A stretch of DNA of 64,000 nucleotides from an uncultured bacterium (GTDB taxonomy: Bacteria > Auribacterota > Erginobacteria > Erginobacterales > Erginobacteraceae): positions 256,001 through 320,000 of the forward strand of contig CAWGIE010000031.1 of NCBI GenBank assembly GCA_963822585.1, in the 5' to 3' direction. The notes under the pieces were generated by a model, which had not been told where the DNA came from, did no database searches, and was given only the letters and a program-made list of their open reading frames with translations. Shown piece by piece: positions 58,810 through 64,000 of the stretch (its first letter is position 1; every line of letters begins with the position of its first letter). The translations under genes were made by a program, and so were the position numbers.

Positions 58810-61058
58810 GCAAACAATTGCCGAAATCAGACCTTTTCCCCGGAAGGGGAGCCGACCTGATTCAATTCCTTGTACGAGGAGGGTTGCTGGCGGTCATTTT
58901 ATGGTTCATTGAGTTCCTATTCCTTTGCCGATTCTATGATATCAACTCCCTCCTCTGGCACCATCGGATCGAGATTATTATCGCGAATATCCTGGGAACG
59001 GGAAGCGCTTATTTCATTGCCGGAGTATTGGCAGCCCTGGTCGTTTGGACTATTTCCTATGGGTGCTCACGCAAAAATTCAAATCGTTCAAATCTCATAT
59101 GCACGATTCTATCTTCGGGCATTCTTTCTTTGGTAATTATCATATATCTCAGGTTTTGGCTCTTCGGGCACCTCAGGATCACTTATCACAAAGTGTATTT
59201 TTATCTCAATCTGGGGTTCATCTTCATCGGCCTGCTTCTTTCAGCTTTCATCTTTATCGGGGTTAAATTTTTTTCCCCCAAGGGAGATCGAAGTTCCTTT
59301 TTCGGAGCTCTCTCAATCTTTCTGGGTTACTATTTCATTTTCGGATCTCACAACAATTTGATGTTATACCGGTTCCGGAAAGCCTCCGGCTTGCCTCGTT
59401 TTTCTTCGGAAGTACTATTAGCAAACGCCGCTTTTTTGTTAATCGCCTTCTTAATTGGTCTGTTATCCTGGTTTTTCTTCCGGAGATTCATTCCCCGGCT
59501 CAAACGACTTAAACCCGGGACGGCTTGGACGATTCTCGGTATATGCACCTTAATCGGCGTCCTTGCCAATGGCTTTTTTTACGATCGATGGTCGAAATAT
59601 ATTGTTCAGAATCCACTCCTCCGGAACTCCGTTTTATCCCCGGGAACTCCACGGCCCAATATTATCCTTATCATCATGGACGCTTTACGGGCCGATCATC
59701 TCGGTTGTTACGGCTATCGGCGCGATACTTCGCCATTTATCGATTCCCTGGTAGAAAAGGGTGTTATCTTCAATAATTACAATTCTTCGACCAATTTTAC
59801 CTTTCCCTTTCTCAATACCTTCCTCTCGGGGAGTGGTTATAGAAAATATTTTTCCCAGGAGCATATCAGAAAACCGCCACGTCATATCCCGCTCCTTCCG
59901 GAGCTCCTTCGCCCCGCCGGTTATCGGAGCGCTGCCTTTATCCCCCTGGAGTTATCGGAGAGGAGAGACCCCGGCTTTACATTATTCAGGCGACTGGGAA
60001 TCGGGGGAGAATTGCCGGAATCGGCGCTCGAGGATACAACCTTTACCAACGCTTTTAAAAATGCCTTTGACGCCTATTCCACCTCTATCACCTTCAGCCG
60101 CCAGTTCTGGCTCTATAAGCTGGTGGAGAGGTTCTTCGAATTCAGAACGCCCATGTACCTGGTTCGTTCCGACCGATTCAGTACCTTCTGCCGGCGGGCA
60201 CTCTCCTGGGTCGGGAAAGAACCGGAAACCCCCTTTTTCATCTATCTTCATCCCCGCGGCGCCCATCATCCGTATTTCCCGCCTCTGGATGCGGATAGAA
60301 AATTTTTCCACGGAAGGTTCCCGGAAGACGCTGAACGGGCCAACAGCTTATATTCTCTCAGTATTGTTTTAAAAAAACGCCCCTCTCCTGAGGTGCTTGA
60401 TGAGATCATCAATCTTTATGATGACGGTATCGTATATTTAGATACGACCATGAAGTGGTTCTGGGGAGAACTGGAAAGAAAAGGGTGGCTGGAAAATACA
60501 CTGATTATTATTTCGGCTGATCATGGAGAAAGCTTTTTCGAACACGGGACGGGACTTCACCATTCCAGCCTTTATCAGGAAGAAATTCATGTTCCCATGA
60601 TCGTTTTATGGAAAGATCATGTCTCTCCCGGTCTCCGTCTCGACGGTTCTTTTTCGGCTCTTGATGTCTGTCCTTCTCTTCTGGAGGCAGCCGGGGTGGC
60701 AATGCCTGAGGAAATGCCGGGATCAAGCTTCCTCGGTTATCTTTCCGGGGGTGAAAAGGTCCCGCAAAAAAAGACCTCTTTCTCGGAAGACGCGTGGCAA
60801 GGTTGGAGAGATGTGATCTCCGCGCAACGCTTCCCCTGGAAGATAATCGCCTATATCAATAATGGGCATATCGACAAAACCGAGATATATAATCTGGCCG
60901 ATGACCCGGGAGAAAGACAGGAACTCGGTTCTCAAGCTCTTGACCAACCCGACGTTGGCGAGATGCGTGAACAGATCCGGGAATATATTAAAGAGTATCC
61001 GCTCAACGATACTTGTCTGAACGGAGAAACGGCCATCAAGGATCTAGGTGATATATGA
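58806..61058 (+). CDS. Membrane-anchored sulfatase-like hydrolase/transferase
   Basis: ~7 N-terminal TM; PNIILIIMDALRADHL, FTFP, AHHPY, SADHGESFFEH..HH. Confidence 0.85.
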   Translation: MSKQLPKSDLFPGRGADLIQFLVRGGLLAVILWFIEFLFLCRFYDINSLLWHHRIEIIIANILGTGSAYFIAGVLAALVVWTISYGCSRKNSNRSNLICTILSSGILSLVIIIYLRFWLFGHLRITYHKVYFYLNLGFIFIGLLLSAFIFIGVKFFSPKGDRSSFFGALSIFLGYYFIFGSHNNLMLYRFRKASGLPRFSSEVLLANAAFLLIAFLIGLLSWFFFRRFIPRLKRLKPGTAWTILGICTLIGVLANGFFYDRWSKYIVQNPLLRNSVLSPGTPRPNIILIIMDALRADHLGCYGYRRDTSPFIDSLVEKGVIFNNYNSSTNFTFPFLNTFLSGSGYRKYFSQEHIRKPPRHIPLLPELLRPAGYRSAAFIPLELSERRDPGFTLFRRLGIGGELPESALEDTTFTNAFKNAFDAYSTSITFSRQFWLYKLVERFFEFRTPMYLVRSDRFSTFCRRALSWVGKEPETPFFIYLHPRGAHHPYFPPLDADRKFFHGRFPEDAERANSLYSLSIVLKKRPSPEVLDEIINLYDDGIVYLDTTMKWFWGELERKGWLENTLIIISADHGESFFEHGTGLHHSSLYQEEIHVPMIVLWKDHVSPGLRLDGSFSALDVCPSLLEAAGVAMPEEMPGSSFLGYLSGGEKVPQKKTSFSEDAWQGWRDVISAQRFPWKIIAYINNGHIDKTEIYNLADDPGERQELGSQALDQPDVGEMREQIREYIKEYPLNDTCLNGETAIKDLGDI

Positions 61059-61087
61059 GGGAAAACCTCAGATAACAATTGATTCTG

Positions 61088-62245
61088 ATGAAGATACTCG
61101 TGTTATCCCATTCAGCGGTGGTCTCCGGCTATCATGACCGGTACCGCGAGGTGACCACGCAGGGAAGAAGCGAACTTACTCTCCTGGTCCCGCGTCAGTG
61201 GCAACAGTTTAACCGGCTTATTCGCCTGGAGAAGACCTCCGACCCCCATTACCGGATTATAGCCCGCCAGCCGATCTGCTGGGGATTGAAGGGACATGGC
61301 GCAAGAAATGTGACCCACATATATCCCGGTATAGGGAAACTCCTCAAAGAAATCCAGCCCGAAATCATCGAACTCTGGGAAGAACCCTTCGCCGCCGTAA
61401 CGGCCCATACCATCTGGAAAGCTCGAAAAATAATACCGTCCGTAAAAATCATTTTTTCCTCAGCACAGAACCTCTATAGAAACTATCCCCCTCCTTTCTC
61501 ATGGTTTGAAAAATATACCTATAAGCACGCTGATTTTGCTTTTATAATGAATTCAGAAGTCGGAAAAGTTATGCGCCGTAAAGGCTATCGGAATGATTTC
61601 CTCATCCTTCCTTTGGGGGTGAATCCGGATATATTCAAAAAGATAGACGCATCTTCCCTCCGTCGGGAACTGGGCCTGAATAAATTCACGGTGGGTTTTA
61701 TCGGCAAGTTGGACCAGCAGAAGGGGGTATTGGATTTAGTCAGGAGTTGCGGGAAGCTCAAGGGAGAAGTTAACCTGCTGATGATCGGAGAAGGTCCCCT
61801 TCAGGCCCGGATATCCCGGCTGCTCAAGGAATTGGGAATCGAAAAAGATGCCCGAATCATCCCCGCCGTCCCCTACGACCGGGTACCGGAGTATATGAAC
61901 TGCATGGATGTCCTGGTTCTTCCCTCGGTCACCCTTCCCGGTTTAAAGGAGCAGTTCGGAAGGGTTTTGATCGAAGCCATGAGTTGTGAGGTCCCGGTGA
62001 TCGGTTCAAGCTCCGGTGAGATCCCCGGAATCATCGGCGATGCCGGCCTTGTTTTTCCGGAGGGAAAACCGGATGCACTTGCCCATCAACTGAGGGCCCT
62101 GATGATTAATCGCGCACACAGCCGCGATCTCTCCCGGCGGGGTCGCGAAAGGGTATTGCGGCGATATGATTGGGATATAATCGCCCGGCAGCAGATCGAA
62201 GTCTACTCTTCACTGGCCGGACCTTCATCAGGGAAAGGAGAGTAA
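61088..62245 (+). CDS. Glycosyltransferase family 4
   Basis: Likely start MKILVLSH at 61088 (ORF 61079); WEEP, LGV, QKG, DVLVLPS.T....EQFGRVLIEAMSC. Confidence 0.92.
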   Translation: MKILVLSHSAVVSGYHDRYREVTTQGRSELTLLVPRQWQQFNRLIRLEKTSDPHYRIIARQPICWGLKGHGARNVTHIYPGIGKLLKEIQPEIIELWEEPFAAVTAHTIWKARKIIPSVKIIFSSAQNLYRNYPPPFSWFEKYTYKHADFAFIMNSEVGKVMRRKGYRNDFLILPLGVNPDIFKKIDASSLRRELGLNKFTVGFIGKLDQQKGVLDLVRSCGKLKGEVNLLMIGEGPLQARISRLLKELGIEKDARIIPAVPYDRVPEYMNCMDVLVLPSVTLPGLKEQFGRVLIEAMSCEVPVIGSSSGEIPGIIGDAGLVFPEGKPDALAHQLRALMINRAHSRDLSRRGRERVLRRYDWDIIARQQIEVYSSLAGPSSGKGE

Positions 62246-62249
62246 TGTC

Positions 62250-64000
62250 TTGAAGTCCCGACTCGGGATCCTTATCTGGCTCGGCGCGGTAGGCGCCCTC
62301 GGTTTTCTTGTCTTCGATCTGGGCCTGGTATTCCTCGCCCCTTTCATCGGGAAAGCCCGATATCCGGTCATAGATCTTCCGCGGCCCTGTTTCGTCTTTT
62401 ATGCTTTTTTCATCTTCCTCTTTGCCGGCGCGGCGATGGGAATAATCGAATGGGTATTACTCGAATTCGCGGATCGGGCCGGAGGCTTCGTCGCCAGAAT
62501 AACGAAAGAGAAATATCGGGAGGCCGCTGCCTCGCTCGCCCTCGCCATCCTGGGCATGGCGGTTATTATCCCGGTCTCGATCATGATCTTCCGGGGCACC
62601 GGTATCTCCCGGACCCGGATTGCCGGCAGCGGGCCTTATCTGGTAAGCCTGTTTGGTTTTATTTTTACCTTCGTTCTCTTCTGGACATTGCGCCGATTCT
62701 ATCACGCGATAATCTGCCGGCCGGGAAAGGGAGCGGTGCCGGTGAATGCGCTCATAGTGACGATGCTCTGTGCCGTTACCACATTTCTCGTCTACTCTGA
62801 TAATTACCGATATCCGGGCCTGTATATCTATCTCCATAACCTGCTGTTCCTGCTCTGTTTCATCGGGTTCCAGTGCATTGTTTTAACGGCCTTCAAAATA
62901 CTGCCCCGAACCATTCAGACCCGCTCCCTGGCTCTTTTCAATAAAACCTGGGGGGTCCTGATTATCGGCTTGGTTCTGATGCAGATGATTATTTTCGTCT
63001 TCTTTTTACGTGATCCCCGGGACAAGTTTTTTTTCAAGAAAGACGGTATGAACTACTTGAAACGGATCGTTTTTTCCTACCGGGAGATCACCGATTTCGA
63101 CCGAGATGGTTTCTCCTCGTTCTTGGGAATGAACGATCCTCGAATGTTCGATGCGCGTGTGCATCCCTTTGCTTACGACATCCCCGGCAACGGGATCGAC
63201 GAGGATGGATTATTCGGAGACAGCACCAAGGAAGAGATTGAAAAGTACCGGGACATCTGGCGAGAAGGAGTTCCGTCCTCCGACTCGCCGGCGGATAAGC
63301 GGGTTGAAAAATTCCTGGATCACGTCAGGGATTTCAATATTCTCTTCATTACCGTGGACGCGTTGCGGTTTGATCGGATCCGTGATTTTGCCGATCCCGA
63401 TTACCCATTCCCGCATTTTGCGATGTTGTTAAAAAAGAGCGTCGTTTTTACGAAGATGTTCTCTCACGGGGCCGGCACGGCGGCATCCATGCCGGTTCTG
63501 TTCAGTTCCCATTATGACTGGAGAACCGGGCGGCCTCCTCCTGAAAACCTGATCAACCAAATGGGAAAACGTGGTTATACAACGATCATGGTCACTTACC
63601 ACGGCATGGTTGAATTCGTGAATAAGGATTCGCAATTCGACATCAGCTCGGGCTTTCAAATCAAGCAATACGGAAACGGAGATGGGAAGGAATGGGCCTG
63701 GGAGGACGGAAACCTGAGCGGGGAAAATATAACCCGGGAGACGATAAGGCTGCTGGGAAAATTCAGGGCCGCGAAGTTTTTTATGTGGGTCCATTACTAC
63801 GAACCGCATGAATGGTATCGGCTCAATGATCCCCGTATGCCTCTCGACCGAAAGAACCCTCATCAGGCTTACGATAAACTGGTCGCTTATATAGACGAAC
63901 AGATAGGAACATTGCTTTCGGCACTGGAAGAACTGGGTCTGGAAGAGAATACGATTATTATGCTCGGGGCCGATCATGGGGAGGGATTGGGGGACCGGGG
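62250..64000 (+). CDS. Membrane-anchored sulfatase-like protein with DxDxDG metal-binding-like motif, 3'-truncated (absent from the ORF track)
   Basis: AAGGAG SD + TTG at 62250; my translation: MKSRLGILIW..., several TM, TDFDRDGFSSFLG...PGNGIDED, NILFITVDALRFD, GTAAS, WVHYYEPHE, GADHGEGLGD; open to window end. Confidence 0.85.
   Translation, partial: MKSRLGILIWLGAVGALGFLVFDLGLVFLAPFIGKARYPVIDLPRPCFVFYAFFIFLFAGAAMGIIEWVLLEFADRAGGFVARITKEKYREAAASLALAILGMAVIIPVSIMIFRGTGISRTRIAGSGPYLVSLFGFIFTFVLFWTLRRFYHAIICRPGKGAVPVNALIVTMLCAVTTFLVYSDNYRYPGLYIYLHNLLFLLCFIGFQCIVLTAFKILPRTIQTRSLALFNKTWGVLIIGLVLMQMIIFVFFLRDPRDKFFFKKDGMNYLKRIVFSYREITDFDRDGFSSFLGMNDPRMFDARVHPFAYDIPGNGIDEDGLFGDSTKEEIEKYRDIWREGVPSSDSPADKRVEKFLDHVRDFNILFITVDALRFDRIRDFADPDYPFPHFAMLLKKSVVFTKMFSHGAGTAASMPVLFSSHYDWRTGRPPPENLINQMGKRGYTTIMVTYHGMVEFVNKDSQFDISSGFQIKQYGNGDGKEWAWEDGNLSGENITRETIRLLGKFRAAKFFMWVHYYEPHEWYRLNDPRMPLDRKNPHQAYDKLVAYIDEQIGTLLSALEELGLEENTIIMLGADHGEGLGDR

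Overview
Bacterial cell-envelope glycan region with no rRNA, tRNA, CRISPR or intact transposase detected. It opens with a Wzc-type co-polymerase/tyrosine kinase (5'-truncated) facing a ~21.6-kb minus-strand Wzx/Wzy-type polysaccharide operon (23656->2072). That operon encodes an O-antigen-ligase-like protein, a flippase, a polymerase-like protein, GT4/GT9/CgeB glycosyltransferases, methyltransferases, a B12 radical SAM enzyme, sulfatase-fold proteins and a frameshifted bi-domain oxidoreductase. The middle holds four secreted Pro/Thr-linker surface proteins (861, 457, 2587 and ~617 aa), all ending in a DYxGDG-repeat (FG-GAP/VCBS-like) domain, interleaved with methyltransferases and a GT-C-like gene. 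A second, mostly plus-strand glycan cluster follows (FAD oxidoreductase, GT2, flippase, GT4s, two GT-C, three Thr-type sulfatase-fold membrane proteins) with an inserted RelE/ParE toxin-antitoxin pair. Intergenic spaces carry several palindromic repeat families (GTAG REP doublets, CCAYYACT octamers, a GTCATTGCG element), and one 75-bp REP doublet sits in frame inside a GT-C gene. Main hypothesis (inference): a modular glycosylated surface-layer system in which a shared C-terminal domain displays different passenger domains, and the neighbouring ligase/GT-C/sulfatase-fold enzymes glycosylate and decorate them.
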